Shown: piece by piece, positions 45,418 through 56,044 of the stretch | Numbering within the stretch: position 1 is the first letter of the stretch | How the letters are laid out: the number at the start of each line of letters is the position of its first letter | IMG/VR virus record: IMGVR_UViG_2667527788_000005 | Length of the DNA: 64,000 bases | Source of the DNA: an uncultured virus (IMG/VR IMGVR_UViG_2667527788_000005) | Taxonomy: Duplodnaviria; Heunggongvirae; Uroviricota; Caudoviricetes | Direction: 5' to 3' (one strand) | Notes under the pieces: generated by a model | Databases searched by the model: none | What the model was told of the DNA's origin: nothing | What the model saw: the letters and a program-made list of their open reading frames with translations, nothing else | Made by a program: the position numbers and the translations under genes

Positions 45418-45946
45418 CCTCGGCAAGTTCGAGGCTGGTGACCGGCAGTGGTTCCTCGACACCGCTGAATCGGCGGTGCGGGACTACTGCGACTGGCACA
45501 TCGCACCGTCTCGCCGTGAGGTGGATCGGCGATGCGAAATTGGGGAGCGCGGCATCATCATGCTGCACTCCCTGCATGTCACCGACGTTGAGTCCGTGAA
45601 GGTCGACGGCCAGGTACTCGAACCAGATGAATACGACTGGGACGAGGCGGGATTCATTACACGGACCCGCACCACCTGGCCGCGCGGCCGGTACTGGCCA
45701 GTCTTCGGGCTGCCCTCGCCGCGCTACGCCTACGTCACCTTCACTCACGGCTACCCAGAGGTACCGCTGGCGGTGAAAGCGGTAATACTGGAGTTGGCGT
45801 CCAGCGGCATCGAGCTGCCGTCATCGGTAGCCACCGAGGCCACCGGTGGCCCGTTCCGCATCAAGTTCAAGGGCACCTCGGGTCTGTCGCTCAACGACGA
45901 CCACAAGTCCCGGCTGGCCGACTACCGCATCCAGGCCATCGCGTGA
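45392..45946 (+). CDS. Head-to-tail adaptor
   Basis: AVRDYCDWHIAP...VTFTHGY..VP; synteny. Confidence 0.8.
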   Translation: MADLVTTTDLGKFEAGDRQWFLDTAESAVRDYCDWHIAPSRREVDRRCEIGERGIIMLHSLHVTDVESVKVDGQVLEPDEYDWDEAGFITRTRTTWPRGRYWPVFGLPSPRYAYVTFTHGYPEVPLAVKAVILELASSGIELPSSVATEATGGPFRIKFKGTSGLSLNDDHKSRLADYRIQAIA

Positions 45947-46320
45947 GTGTCTTCCCCGAGCCCTACGACATCGCGCACTACCCGTACAGCGCGACAGCGG
46001 GAAAGAACGCCCACGGCAACACCATTGGCGGCGTCGCAGAGGCGCCGACGCCACGGCGGGCGATGGCCTTCTACCCCCGCGGTGAACGCGCAGCCGACAG
46101 GGTCGAGCCGGTAGCACCGGAGTACGTGGCCCGGCACATCGCCGAGCTGACAATGCTGGTGAAAGACCCAACGGTCTACAAAACCCAGGACCAGGTCGAC
46201 ATCCACGGCGCCCGCTTCGATGTCGTCGGCATGGGAGCTGACGGTGACTGGCGCAACGGGCCGTGGCGGAAGTACTCGCAGATGTTCGGCGGGGAAATCT
46301 CGCTCAAGCGAGTCGGCTAG
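45943..46320 (+). CDS. Head-to-tail stopper
   Basis: Synteny; NAHGN, FDVVG. Confidence 0.72.
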   Translation: MSVFPEPYDIAHYPYSATAGKNAHGNTIGGVAEAPTPRRAMAFYPRGERAADRVEPVAPEYVARHIAELTMLVKDPTVYKTQDQVDIHGARFDVVGMGADGDWRNGPWRKYSQMFGGEISLKRVG

Positions 46321-46568
46321 TGGCCGTACGCATCAAGTACAACATGGCAGGGTTCCGCAAGATCCGCCACGCCTACGGCGAGTACGTCGAGCAGATCGCC
46401 CGGCAGGCCGCCGAAGGACTACCAGACGGCTACACCATTGTCGTGCAACGCGATCCTAATACGCAGCGTCCGCGTATCTTCATCGTCGCCGCTTCGTACG
46501 CAGCACGCCGAGACGACGCAGCCAACTCGCGGCTCCTCAAGCTGATCGCTGGGTTACGGGGTCGCTGA
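46320..46568 (+). CDS. Neck/tail completion protein
   Basis: Synteny; coupled. Confidence 0.65.
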   Translation: MAVRIKYNMAGFRKIRHAYGEYVEQIARQAAEGLPDGYTIVVQRDPNTQRPRIFIVAASYAARRDDAANSRLLKLIAGLRGR

Positions 46569-47005
46569 TGCCCGCCCTGTATCCGGCCATGCTGCCAGCG
46601 GACATGGTGGCGCTGGCAGTCGCGTACCTGACACCCCAACCCGCCCTGACGGTTCCAGTCGGCTCCAAACTGCCGCCCACCCGAACAGATGCCACCTTGC
46701 CTGACGGGTTCCTGCGAGTCGAGTTCGGCGGCGGCTCCCGCGCCAACCTCCTCGAATGGGACCTCGACCTCATCCTGTTCGGCTATCACCCCGATGAGGT
46801 TGAAGCGTCCAACATCTCACGGACCGCGACAGCGCTCATGGACGCCGCGACCGGTCTCACCATCGACACCTGGTACGTCGTCTGGGCACGCGCCACAAGC
46901 CTGACGCACGAGTCGAAGGACCCGAACGTGGCGACACCTCGATACCGGTCGATGGTCACCTGGCGCGTCCAGGGCCAACCCATCGGCTCACCCATCACCC
47001 CATAA
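46568..47005 (+). CDS. Tail terminator protein
   Basis: FLRVEFGGG..DP...RY; synteny. Confidence 0.72.
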   Translation: MPALYPAMLPADMVALAVAYLTPQPALTVPVGSKLPPTRTDATLPDGFLRVEFGGGSRANLLEWDLDLILFGYHPDEVEASNISRTATALMDAATGLTIDTWYVVWARATSLTHESKDPNVATPRYRSMVTWRVQGQPIGSPITP

Positions 47006-47029
47006 CTCACCGCCCCCGCGCGGGAGATC

Positions 47030-47056
47030 AGGCCGTCCCGTCCGGGGCGGCCTTTC
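47030..47056 (+). terminator. Hairpin/terminator upstream of major tail gene
   Basis: AGGCCGTCCC...GGGGCGGCCTTT. Confidence 0.5.
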
Positions 47057-47081
47057 GCATATCACGAGAGGAAAGCCCCGC

Positions 47082-47663
47082 ATGGCTCTCAACAATGTGC
47101 TGGAGCTGGCCGCCCCGTCCCCGCGGGTCACCGGCGGCGTCCTGCGTGCACCGGTCGGCACGACCTTGCCGACCACCGCTGTCGGCGCCCCCGCAGTGGC
47201 CTTCAACAACCTTGGCCACGTCGGCAAGGACGGCCTGGAACGTACCGAAGATCGGTCGAACCAGGAGGAGTACAACTGGGGCGGCGACCTGGTCGCAGTG
47301 CTCCAGGAAAAGTACGGCCTGGAAATCAAGTTCAAGCTGCTCCAGGTCAACAACGTCGACGTGCAGAAGGCCGTGCACGGTGCATCCAACGTCACCGTCA
47401 CCCCGGCCAGCACCACGTCCGGCACGGAGATCAAGGCCGAACTGAACGCCAAGCTCCTGGACACGGGCGCTTGGGTTTTCGACGGCTTCTACAACCTGAT
47501 CTCCATGCGCCTGGTCATCCCGATCGGTCGTATCACCGCCGTCGCGCCCATCAAGTGGACGCACTCCGAACTGGCGGCCTACGAGTGCACGCTCAAGCCG
47601 TTCCCCGACGCCGACGGTAACCACGGTTACCAGTACTGGAACGACGGCGTGGTGACGATTTGA
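47082..47663 (+). CDS. Major tail tube protein
   Basis: APVGTTLPT..LGHVGKDG..NWGGD. Confidence 0.88.
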   Translation: MALNNVLELAAPSPRVTGGVLRAPVGTTLPTTAVGAPAVAFNNLGHVGKDGLERTEDRSNQEEYNWGGDLVAVLQEKYGLEIKFKLLQVNNVDVQKAVHGASNVTVTPASTTSGTEIKAELNAKLLDTGAWVFDGFYNLISMRLVIPIGRITAVAPIKWTHSELAAYECTLKPFPDADGNHGYQYWNDGVVTI

Positions 47664-48058
47664 GCACCACCACCGCGCGCAAGGCATCGCCCCGCAAAGC
47701 GGGCGCGAAGAAGGCAGCCGCACCAGCGGCAGCCGACGCACCGGTGGACGAGACGAAGGAGGCCCCCGCTTCGGCGGGGGCACCTTCTCCGTACCCCGAC
47801 GGCACGGCCCTGTTCGAATTCACGACCAGCGACGGGTACGTCGTCCAGTTCCCGAAGTACTCGGAGATCACGCCACCTACCCGCCAATTCTGGTGGGCGC
47901 TATACCAACTCGACGAGACCTTCCAAGCGTTCGAGTGGATGGACTGGGCAGGGGTTCCCAAGGAAATCCAACTCCGCGTCGTCGGCCTCGGCGATGACGA
48001 ATACAAGGCCGTGTTCGACGCCTGGTTCGCCGACTCGAAACTGACCGCGGGGGAATAG
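47660..48058 (+). CDS. Tail assembly chaperone (G)
   Basis: Between major tail and tape measure; ends ...AGE. Confidence 0.82.
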   Translation: MSTTTARKASPRKAGAKKAAAPAAADAPVDETKEAPASAGAPSPYPDGTALFEFTTSDGYVVQFPKYSEITPPTRQFWWALYQLDETFQAFEWMDWAGVPKEIQLRVVGLGDDEYKAVFDAWFADSKLTAGE

Positions 48059-48492
48059 GTGCGCTCACCCGGGCCATCGGCCAGCACTGGCACGCGGTCG
48101 AGCGCGACCTCATATCGCTAGACAAGGACTCCGATTTCGACGACCGGCTGCTGCCAGTCGCCAAACTCGGGTCCATCGTGCTGGCTGCACCCCCTGGCAC
48201 GGCCGTCTACCACGCCATCCACGGCGGGTGGACCCGGGAGTCTCACCTGCTGGCCGCCCAGATGGAGCAGCACGCAGGTCTGGTCACTATGCCCCAGCGG
48301 ATCGCTCGTGAGGGCGTCGACCCCAACGCCCCTGTGCCGCAACCTGAGCGGCCGGTGGGACCACCACCGCCAGGGCTACTCACCTGCGACGAGATGTCAC
48401 TTGAGGACTTCGAGCGACTACGCGCAGCCAACTACGCGCTGGGCGAGTCGCCCGGCCGCGTCATCGGAATGAAGAAAGGAGTAACCGGTTGA
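48049..48492 (+). CDS. Tail assembly chaperone -1 frameshift extension (GT)
   Basis: Slippery GGGGGAA at 48049-55; -1 frame open (GIGALTRAIGQHWHAVERDL...) to 48492. Confidence 0.78.
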   Translation, partial: GGIGALTRAIGQHWHAVERDLISLDKDSDFDDRLLPVAKLGSIVLAAPPGTAVYHAIHGGWTRESHLLAAQMEQHAGLVTMPQRIAREGVDPNAPVPQPERPVGPPPPGLLTCDEMSLEDFERLRAANYALGESPGRVIGMKKGVTG

Positions 48493-51400
48493 GTCCAGCA
48501 GTCGCCGCCGTTGAACTGGCACAAGTATGGGTGCCACTCATGCCCGAGGCGTCCGGCCTCGCCGCGGGCGTCGAACGCATCGGCCGCGACGCTGAACGCC
48601 GCTTCGGGCGTGCCACCCGGACCATGGGCGCCGACATGGCCCGCAACCTGGCCGCCAGCGGTAAGTCGGCCGTCGACGCACTTCGTCAGGTCGAACGCGC
48701 CGAGAAGGCACTGGCGACTGCGAAGAAGGCAGACGCGGACGCTACCGGCCGCCTCACCGTCGCCCAGACACGACTCAACGAACTCAACGAGAAGGGCAGG
48801 GCCACAGCCACTCAGCGGGCCACGGCTGAGGAGGGAGTGGCGCGGGCGCGGCGCGCGCAGGAGCTGTCGACACAGAACCTGACCCGCGCCACCCGGGACC
48901 TGGAGCGTGCGCAGAAGGCGCAGTCGCAGGCGTCCGGCCAGGTCAAGATGCCGTTCGGCGCCGGACTGATCATGCGGGCCGAGGCGTACGGGTCGGACTC
49001 CGGCGCCCGCTTCGCGCAGGGCTTCCAGCGCGCCCTCAACACCGGCGCAGCACTGGCCGCAGGCGGCGGCTTCATTGCCGCCGTCAAAAGCGTTGTCGAC
49101 ACCGGCCTTTCGTTCGACTCTGCCCTCAACACCATGCAAGGCGTCACCCGCGCCCTACCTGAACAGATAGCCGCCGTATCTCGGCGCGCCCGCGAGCTGG
49201 GCGCCGACACCCAGCTCGCCGGAGTATCGGCCTCCGACGCAGCCCAGGCGATGACCGAACTCGCCAAGGGCGGATTCGACGTCGACCAGTCCATGTCAGC
49301 GGCCCGGGGCACGCTGCAATTGGCAACCGCCGCACAGGTATCCGCAGCAGAGGCAGCCAAGATTCAGGCCAACGCCCTGCACGCCTTCGGAATGGACGCC
49401 AACCAGGCAGCCAATATGGCCGACATGTTGGCGAACGTCGCCAACGCATCCACCGGCGACATCGGCGACTTCGCCCTCGGCCTCCAACAGGCCGGTGCCG
49501 TCGCCCACGGCTTCGGGTTGACCGCCCAGGACACCATCACCGCACTCGGACTCCTGGCCAACGCCGGTATCCGCGGCTCCGATGCAGGCACCCTCATCAA
49601 GACCTCACTCCAGGCCATCACTGACCAGGGCAACCCCGCACAGGGCGCCATCGAAAGCCTGGGACTGACCCTGTACGACACCACCGGCAAGTTCGTCGGC
49701 TACCGCTCCATGCTGGAACAGGTTGCCGCAGCGTCAAAGCGGATGACCGAAGAGGAGTTCCAGGCCGACACCAACATCCTGTTCGGCTCCGACGCCATGC
49801 GCGCCGCCATGGTCGCAGCCGGTGGCGGAGTCCAGATGTTCGACGAGATGTTCCGGGCTGTCGGCCGAGCCGGTGGCGCCAGCGAGATGGCAGCCGCCCA
49901 GATGCAGGGACTACCCGGCGTCGTCGAGGGACTCAAGAACACAGCAGAGAGTGCGAAGCTGGCCCTTTACGACCTGGTTTCGCCGTCGTTGCAGTCGGCA
50001 GGTCGGGGGATGACCGGCTGGCTCGACAAGGCAGCCGACGCTATGCGTGACCTCCGCACCGGCGGTGGCGGCAGCGGTACTGCGGTCGACCAGATCCGGC
50101 AGGGCTGGCGCGACATCTCCAGCGCCGCCAAGGACCTGGCCCCCTCACTCGCTGCGGCGTCCAAGGCCATCGCAATGGGCGCCGGAGCAACTGCTGTAGC
50201 AGGTTGGCGTGCACTAGGTTTCGCCATGCAGGCGTTGGAGCCGCCGCTGAAACTGGTGGCCGACATCCTCGGCAACAACCAGTGGCTCACCACCGGTCTC
50301 GTCGCAGTCCTCACGGCGCTGTACCTCAAGTCCAAGCTGACCGGTCCCGCTCTACAGGTTGCGGCCAAGGCCACCCAGGCGTGGGGCACCGCCTTCGCCG
50401 GGTGGCGCACCCCCGCTGCGCAGGCGCAGCAGGCCATGGAGAACACGACACGCGCTGCTGGCGAATCAACACGCGCGCAACGGGGCTGGGCCACGCAGAT
50501 GCGGGACAGCTACAACCAGGCGGCCGACCGGTCCCTGTTCTTCTCCCGCACAGCCGGAACCGCCGGGGCGGCCATGACCGGCATGAAGCTCGCTGGGTCC
50601 GGGGTGCTGTCCATGCTCGGTGGTCCGTGGGGCGTCGCCGCAGCAGGTGTCGGCATTGCTATGGGCATGATCGCCGACGCCCACCAGAAGGCCGCGCAGA
50701 AGGCGCAAGAGCAGAAGCAGGCCGAGGAGGAATTGCGGGCCACCCTGGACCAGGACACCGGTCGCGTCACCGACGAAACCCGCAGGAAGGCCGCCGAGCG
50801 GTTCGGTAAGGAAGACCCTTACAAGACGACCGACATCGGGCGCGCCAAGGGCCTAGGCATCGACCCAAACATGTTGGTAGACGCTGCAACTGGAACGGGC
50901 AACGCGCAGGCGTACGACATCATCAAGAAGCTGGCACTAGACAAGGGCGTCCGGGAGGGCCTGGACAAGGTCTCCATCGCCGGGTCAGGCGGCACCAAGC
51001 TGGACTGGAAGGTCATCCAGCAGCAGTACCAGGCCATGGGGGTGTCATCCGACGAGCTGTACAACGCGCTCCTCAAGGAGGGCAACGGCTGGGACACCGT
51101 CAACGAGAAGATAGCAAAGTACCGCACAGCCAACCCCGGTGACCAAAACCTCGTTGGACTGCAACAGATCATCGACGCAATGCCCGACGCGAATGAGTCG
51201 CTTATCACGCTGACTCAGAACGTCAACGAGCAGCGGCGTGAGACGGACAAGGGTGCACAGTCGTTGCGGGACATGGCACAAGCCCAGTACGGCTTGTGGA
51301 AGCCGACCGAGGAAGGCGCCGCCCGGTTCAAGGACCTGGGCGCGGCCATCGTGTCGGTACCCAACAACAAGTCCATTGATCTCAAGGTCGACCCGGCGAA

Positions 51401-53198
51401 GTACGACGAGACGAAGAAGAAGCTCGAAGAACTTGGGTACACCGTCACGCAGCTGCCCGGCGGAATCGTAAAGGTCACCGCGGCAACCGATGAGGCGCAG
51501 AAGCGTTTCAACGACCTGGTGTACAAGGTCAACAACACGACCGCCACCCTTCCTATAGATCTCAAACTGGCCAACTCGCTCGGTGCGATCTTGCCGCCCG
51601 GATTGCAAGGCGTATTCAGTGCAGCCACCCTCGCCGGGCAGGTACCAGGCCGCGCCTCCGGTGGACATGTCGACGGCCGCGGCGTCATCAGTGGCCCCGG
51701 GACGGGCACCAGTGACTCCATCCTCGCCCGTGTAATAGGCGGTGGCGCAGGTGGATTTATCAAGGTATCCAACCGAGAGTCGATCAACACTGCGCAGTCC
51801 ACACGCGACAACATGCCGCTCATCAACGCCATGAACCGCGGCTGGGTACCGTCCGCCAACTTCCTGCGAATCCTCACCGGTATACCCGGATACGCGGGCG
51901 GAGGTCCCATCTCGATAGAGGACGCAGCCAACGACATGGCGGGTGCGCCCTACGTCCGCGGCGGCCACGGCCCATCCGGTACCGACTGTTCCGGGGCCGC
52001 ATCCGTCCTTGTCAACGCCGCCGTCGGGCAGCCCCTGTACGGCGAGCGGATGGCCACCGGTAACGCAGCCGATTGGCTCGCCGCCCGAGGCGCCATCATG
52101 GGCCGCGGACCAGCAGGCACCCTGCGCGTCGGATGGAAGAACGGCGGCCCCGGCGGCGGCCACATGGCCGTCACGCTGCCCGATGGCCGCAACGCTGAAT
52201 CCGGCGGCAGCGTAGGCAAGTTCACCGTTGGCGCGGGCGCCGCAGGCGCCGACGACCCCCAATTCACCAACCAGGCGTACATCCCCATGAACGCCATGTA
52301 CCCCGACGGCTGGCCCAGCGGCGCAGCGGGCGGCGGCTACAGCATGTACGGCTCCGGCAGCGGTGGGGGCGGGGTAGGCGGCTACGGCGGTGGAGGAAGC
52401 GGCGGGGGAGGTGCATCCCCGGCCCAGCGACGTCAACTGCGTGACGCAGAGCAGAAGGTCCAGGACAAGCAGTTCGACATCGAGCAGGCACAACGGAAGC
52501 TCGACGAACTCCAGGGCAAGAAGAACGTCAAGCCGTCCGAGCAGGCAGCCGCCGAGGAACGGCTATCCCGGGCGCAGCGCGAGCACAAGGACGCGCTGGA
52601 CGACCTGTCCACCAAGCAGGAACAGGTCAACGACGCCGACGCCCGGGGCCGCGGTGGACGCAACGGCCAGCAACCGGGCAGCGGCCCCGACGGCAAGAGC
52701 TTCGCCAAGGACATGATGTCCGGCGCCATGGAGATGCTCGGCCTCGACGGCTCCGTCTTCTCCAACCCCATGGAGTGGGGAATCTTCAAGCTGTTCACCG
52801 GAGGCGCCAACGCCATCGGCGGAATGCTCAAGAACGCATTCGGCGGCCCGCAGCAACAGCAGCAGAACCCCTTGGGTACCCAGGCCATGCGCAACAACCG
52901 CCATGGCCCGGGCGGCGCCCCCGGACCCGGCAACGGGGGCCTTGGAGAGTTCGACTTCGGCGACGGCGGCATGGGCGTAGTCGGTGACGCACTCCAGGCG
53001 GCGCTCCCTCAGGTCGGCGACTTCCTGCCCAACAGCCAGAACCCCGGCGGGAACAACTACACGACCAACCAGAACAGCAACAACAGCAGCGCCACCGGCG
53101 CCGCGTTCTACGGCCCTGTCACCATCAACGACCCAGGAGGCCTGGTGAAGCCGCCCGACCGGATGAACACCCGGATGACGGGACTGCCTAAGCCGTGA
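48489..53198 (+). CDS. Tape measure protein
   Basis: 1569 aa, Ala/Gly-rich, TP901-like core; embedded DCSG...GHMA peptidase-like motif. Confidence 0.95.
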   Translation: MSPAVAAVELAQVWVPLMPEASGLAAGVERIGRDAERRFGRATRTMGADMARNLAASGKSAVDALRQVERAEKALATAKKADADATGRLTVAQTRLNELNEKGRATATQRATAEEGVARARRAQELSTQNLTRATRDLERAQKAQSQASGQVKMPFGAGLIMRAEAYGSDSGARFAQGFQRALNTGAALAAGGGFIAAVKSVVDTGLSFDSALNTMQGVTRALPEQIAAVSRRARELGADTQLAGVSASDAAQAMTELAKGGFDVDQSMSAARGTLQLATAAQVSAAEAAKIQANALHAFGMDANQAANMADMLANVANASTGDIGDFALGLQQAGAVAHGFGLTAQDTITALGLLANAGIRGSDAGTLIKTSLQAITDQGNPAQGAIESLGLTLYDTTGKFVGYRSMLEQVAAASKRMTEEEFQADTNILFGSDAMRAAMVAAGGGVQMFDEMFRAVGRAGGASEMAAAQMQGLPGVVEGLKNTAESAKLALYDLVSPSLQSAGRGMTGWLDKAADAMRDLRTGGGGSGTAVDQIRQGWRDISSAAKDLAPSLAAASKAIAMGAGATAVAGWRALGFAMQALEPPLKLVADILGNNQWLTTGLVAVLTALYLKSKLTGPALQVAAKATQAWGTAFAGWRTPAAQAQQAMENTTRAAGESTRAQRGWATQMRDSYNQAADRSLFFSRTAGTAGAAMTGMKLAGSGVLSMLGGPWGVAAAGVGIAMGMIADAHQKAAQKAQEQKQAEEELRATLDQDTGRVTDETRRKAAERFGKEDPYKTTDIGRAKGLGIDPNMLVDAATGTGNAQAYDIIKKLALDKGVREGLDKVSIAGSGGTKLDWKVIQQQYQAMGVSSDELYNALLKEGNGWDTVNEKIAKYRTANPGDQNLVGLQQIIDAMPDANESLITLTQNVNEQRRETDKGAQSLRDMAQAQYGLWKPTEEGAARFKDLGAAIVSVPNNKSIDLKVDPAKYDETKKKLEELGYTVTQLPGGIVKVTAATDEAQKRFNDLVYKVNNTTATLPIDLKLANSLGAILPPGLQGVFSAATLAGQVPGRASGGHVDGRGVISGPGTGTSDSILARVIGGGAGGFIKVSNRESINTAQSTRDNMPLINAMNRGWVPSANFLRILTGIPGYAGGGPISIEDAANDMAGAPYVRGGHGPSGTDCSGAASVLVNAAVGQPLYGERMATGNAADWLAARGAIMGRGPAGTLRVGWKNGGPGGGHMAVTLPDGRNAESGGSVGKFTVGAGAAGADDPQFTNQAYIPMNAMYPDGWPSGAAGGGYSMYGSGSGGGGVGGYGGGGSGGGGASPAQRRQLRDAEQKVQDKQFDIEQAQRKLDELQGKKNVKPSEQAAAEERLSRAQREHKDALDDLSTKQEQVNDADARGRGGRNGQQPGSGPDGKSFAKDMMSGAMEMLGLDGSVFSNPMEWGIFKLFTGGANAIGGMLKNAFGGPQQQQQNPLGTQAMRNNRHGPGGAPGPGNGGLGEFDFGDGGMGVVGDALQAALPQVGDFLPNSQNPGGNNYTTNQNSNNSSATGAAFYGPVTINDPGGLVKPPDRMNTRMTGLPKP

Positions 53199-54208
53199 GG
53201 TTCATCCGGCAGTCCGAGATCCCCGCCTACGACCAATGGGACAAGCTGCCGAAAGCCCTCCAGGGGCTCGACACCCGGATAGTCCACATCTCGCCCGATG
53301 GCGACTTCACCGACATGTACGGCGGTATCAACGCCGGACGTCAGGGCGTGCAGCTGTCCGAAGACATTGAGGGCGAGCACCACTGGCCGTTTGAGCTACT
53401 GCTAACCGAGGGCGCCTATGAGCTTGGGGCAACCGTCGAACGCGCCAACATCCTCAAACGAGAAATCAACTTCACGGTCTCCATCTGCGGTAAAGGAGTG
53501 CCGTTCAACAACTTCCAGTACCGCATGGCTGAGGACCGCTGGTTCCGCGGCCAGGACGAGAACCGTGACGGATGGCTCGGCATCTACACCCGCTTCTCCG
53601 GCTGGCGGTGGATCAGGGTCCGGCCCGCCCAGACCGTAGGCGGCAGCCAGAAGCGCGACCCCGTCGCCTTCGGAAACAACTTCGCCAAGTGGCCGATGAA
53701 GTGGCTGGCGCAGAAGCCCTACTACAGCAAGCCATCCATCTGGGCGACGTGGCAGAACAACCCCGCCACCGCAGCACAATTCGGTGGAGACGGCGAAGGC
53801 ATCATCGTGCTGCCCAACCGCGGCGACCTGGAGTCCTACACCCAATTCATAGTCCCGCCCGGACGGTGCTGGGTTGAGGACGGCGACAGCGGACGCATGG
53901 TCGAGCTACCCCTCATAGCCCCCTCCGACGGATACGTCCTCGTCGACACCGACCCCAAGGAGCGGACACTCACCGCATCCAACGACCCGGTCGACAACAT
54001 CTTCTACCAGATCGCCAGGCGCTCAAAGATACTGGACTTCCTACTGCACGACCTGGCAGCCACCGGTGAGCCGGTGTGGAAGCGATTCGACAAGCGGTTC
54101 CAAGCATCAGTCCCATCCAGGCACGTCGCGCAGATCCGGGTTAAGCACAGCAACCCCAACGCCAAGATCACCGCGATACTGCCGCAACGCTATAAGAGGT
54201 CTCGGTAG
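53195..54208 (+). CDS. Minor tail protein (distal tail-like)
   Basis: First gene after tape measure. Confidence 0.8.
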   Translation: MRFIRQSEIPAYDQWDKLPKALQGLDTRIVHISPDGDFTDMYGGINAGRQGVQLSEDIEGEHHWPFELLLTEGAYELGATVERANILKREINFTVSICGKGVPFNNFQYRMAEDRWFRGQDENRDGWLGIYTRFSGWRWIRVRPAQTVGGSQKRDPVAFGNNFAKWPMKWLAQKPYYSKPSIWATWQNNPATAAQFGGDGEGIIVLPNRGDLESYTQFIVPPGRCWVEDGDSGRMVELPLIAPSDGYVLVDTDPKERTLTASNDPVDNIFYQIARRSKILDFLLHDLAATGEPVWKRFDKRFQASVPSRHVAQIRVKHSNPNAKITAILPQRYKRSR

Positions 54209-56044
54209 GTGACTAGCGCACTCCTAGATGGCGTACAGCACGGATTAACCACAGCGCCACTGGAGTTCACGCGCTGGCTCAACGACGCCCTCGTAGACAC
54301 GATGAACCGGCCGACCAAGCCGGACCCTGCCACAGACCCCATGTCGGCCTACAAGTACCTGCGCGGCCGACGCGACGCCATTGAAGGTGCGGCACGCCAA
54401 CGGCCCATGCTGCGCCTCTTCGACAAGAACATGGACCCCATCGCCCAAATCGCGGGCGAGCGGCTGGCGTCGGTCGAGGAGATGAATTCGGACTCCGGCC
54501 AGGCGAATGTCGTACTGCGGTACGACAACTGGCTCACTGACTTCATCCTCCAGCAGACGAAGATCCACGAGGACCTACACCTGGTCGTTGACCCCATCCC
54601 TACACAGCCAACCTGGCGGACCCGGTGGGGAGGGAAGGTCACCGGCATCAACGCCAAGCGTGACTCGTCCGGCGTCCACACGCTGGAGCTGGAGGCGATC
54701 AGTAACCGGCAGCACGCAAAGAATCTGCTCTTCGCTGCTAACCCCGTGTTTCCTCCCGAGGTCCAGCTGCCGAAAATGTGGGTGCTACCAGGCAATACGC
54801 GCACCATCTTGTCCGCGTCCATGTTCATCAACCTGGCGCGCCTGTTCTTCCCGCTCCTGTCCATCCCAACCAACGTCTTCAACCCGTTTGGCTGGCTCAA
54901 CGGAGGCATCAGCGGCCTCGACCCGCTGTCCTGGCCGCTGCAAGTCGCGTTCGTCAACCCCATCCTCGACCAGTCCCGTCTCTCCGTCATCGGTGCCGCA
55001 TGGACCGACTGGCACTCGGCGATGAACGACATGTTGAAGGACGCTGGCTGCGACTTCCGCGCCTACACCTGGCTCAAGGAAGACAAGGACTCCCCGCACA
55101 CCGAACTCGTAGACCTGGTGCGCGGCACCGTTGCTGAGGACGCCGTCAACGACGCCACTCGGCCGCACCGCAACTGCATCGTCTTCGCCATCGAGGACAA
55201 GTCTGGCGTGACCGGCCCAACCGGAACGGCCGCCGACGGCGTCATCAACCTGATCGGCGCCACGTTGGACGACATGATCACCGAAACCCTCATCAACCTC
55301 GATGAGGATGGTGACGGCGAGACCGATCCGGTGTTCCGAAAGCTGCTCGGCGTCGCACCCGAGAAGCCGAAAACCATTTGGTACGACGGCCAATTCAGCG
55401 GAATCATCGAGTCGGAGCGCCGACAACACAAGGGGCCAGTCAAGACGGTGATGACGGGCTCCCGCAGCCCGCAGATTGTCAACCAGGCTCAGACATTTGC
55501 TATCAGATACGCGCTGTCGCAACTGGCGCAGGTAATCAACTATGCAATAGGCGCCTACCAGCAGCCGGGCACCGAAGGTCTGGACAACCTCTACCAAGGC
55601 CAGCTGGATAATACTTTGCTGGCGTGGATGCGCTTCACCGATCCGCGCCGCGCGCTCTGGACCGGCGACATGGCCTGGCAAGAGCATTTCGAGAAGGGCG
55701 GCGGCACCGCCTACACCCTGTCCGGCGTCGTCACCATGCGCGTCGGCCACTACAAAACCCGTGCCTGGCAGGGCTTCACGGTAAAGGTCGTCAACGGCCG
55801 ACCACATGCCATAGACATCGACATCGGCCTGGGCGACCGGGCCGGGTTCGAGCAGGGCGGCATCATCTTCGTCGACCAGATCACCGCCATAAAGCGAACG
55901 TGGTCCCGAAGTGAGCCAGTCACAGTGCAACTGGCCATCGGCGACGACAGCGACAAAGAAGACCCCGCGGCGCGGGGTCTTCGTGCATTGCAGGCCGTGT
56001 GGACGACCCTGTCCCAATTCCTCGGCGAAGGAACCATCTTCTGA
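54209..56044 (+). CDS. Minor tail protein (baseplate hub-like)
   Basis: RLFDKNM, RWGG, ANP.FPPEVQLPK. Confidence 0.85.
   Translation: MTSALLDGVQHGLTTAPLEFTRWLNDALVDTMNRPTKPDPATDPMSAYKYLRGRRDAIEGAARQRPMLRLFDKNMDPIAQIAGERLASVEEMNSDSGQANVVLRYDNWLTDFILQQTKIHEDLHLVVDPIPTQPTWRTRWGGKVTGINAKRDSSGVHTLELEAISNRQHAKNLLFAANPVFPPEVQLPKMWVLPGNTRTILSASMFINLARLFFPLLSIPTNVFNPFGWLNGGISGLDPLSWPLQVAFVNPILDQSRLSVIGAAWTDWHSAMNDMLKDAGCDFRAYTWLKEDKDSPHTELVDLVRGTVAEDAVNDATRPHRNCIVFAIEDKSGVTGPTGTAADGVINLIGATLDDMITETLINLDEDGDGETDPVFRKLLGVAPEKPKTIWYDGQFSGIIESERRQHKGPVKTVMTGSRSPQIVNQAQTFAIRYALSQLAQVINYAIGAYQQPGTEGLDNLYQGQLDNTLLAWMRFTDPRRALWTGDMAWQEHFEKGGGTAYTLSGVVTMRVGHYKTRAWQGFTVKVVNGRPHAIDIDIGLGDRAGFEQGGIIFVDQITAIKRTWSRSEPVTVQLAIGDDSDKEDPAARGLRALQAVWTTLSQFLGEGTIF

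Noticed and set aside
51045..52493. Long antisense ORFs (e.g. 482 aa here, 438 aa at 54785, 370 aa at 44350)
   Set aside because: Shadow ORFs expected opposite high-GC genes with strong codon bias.
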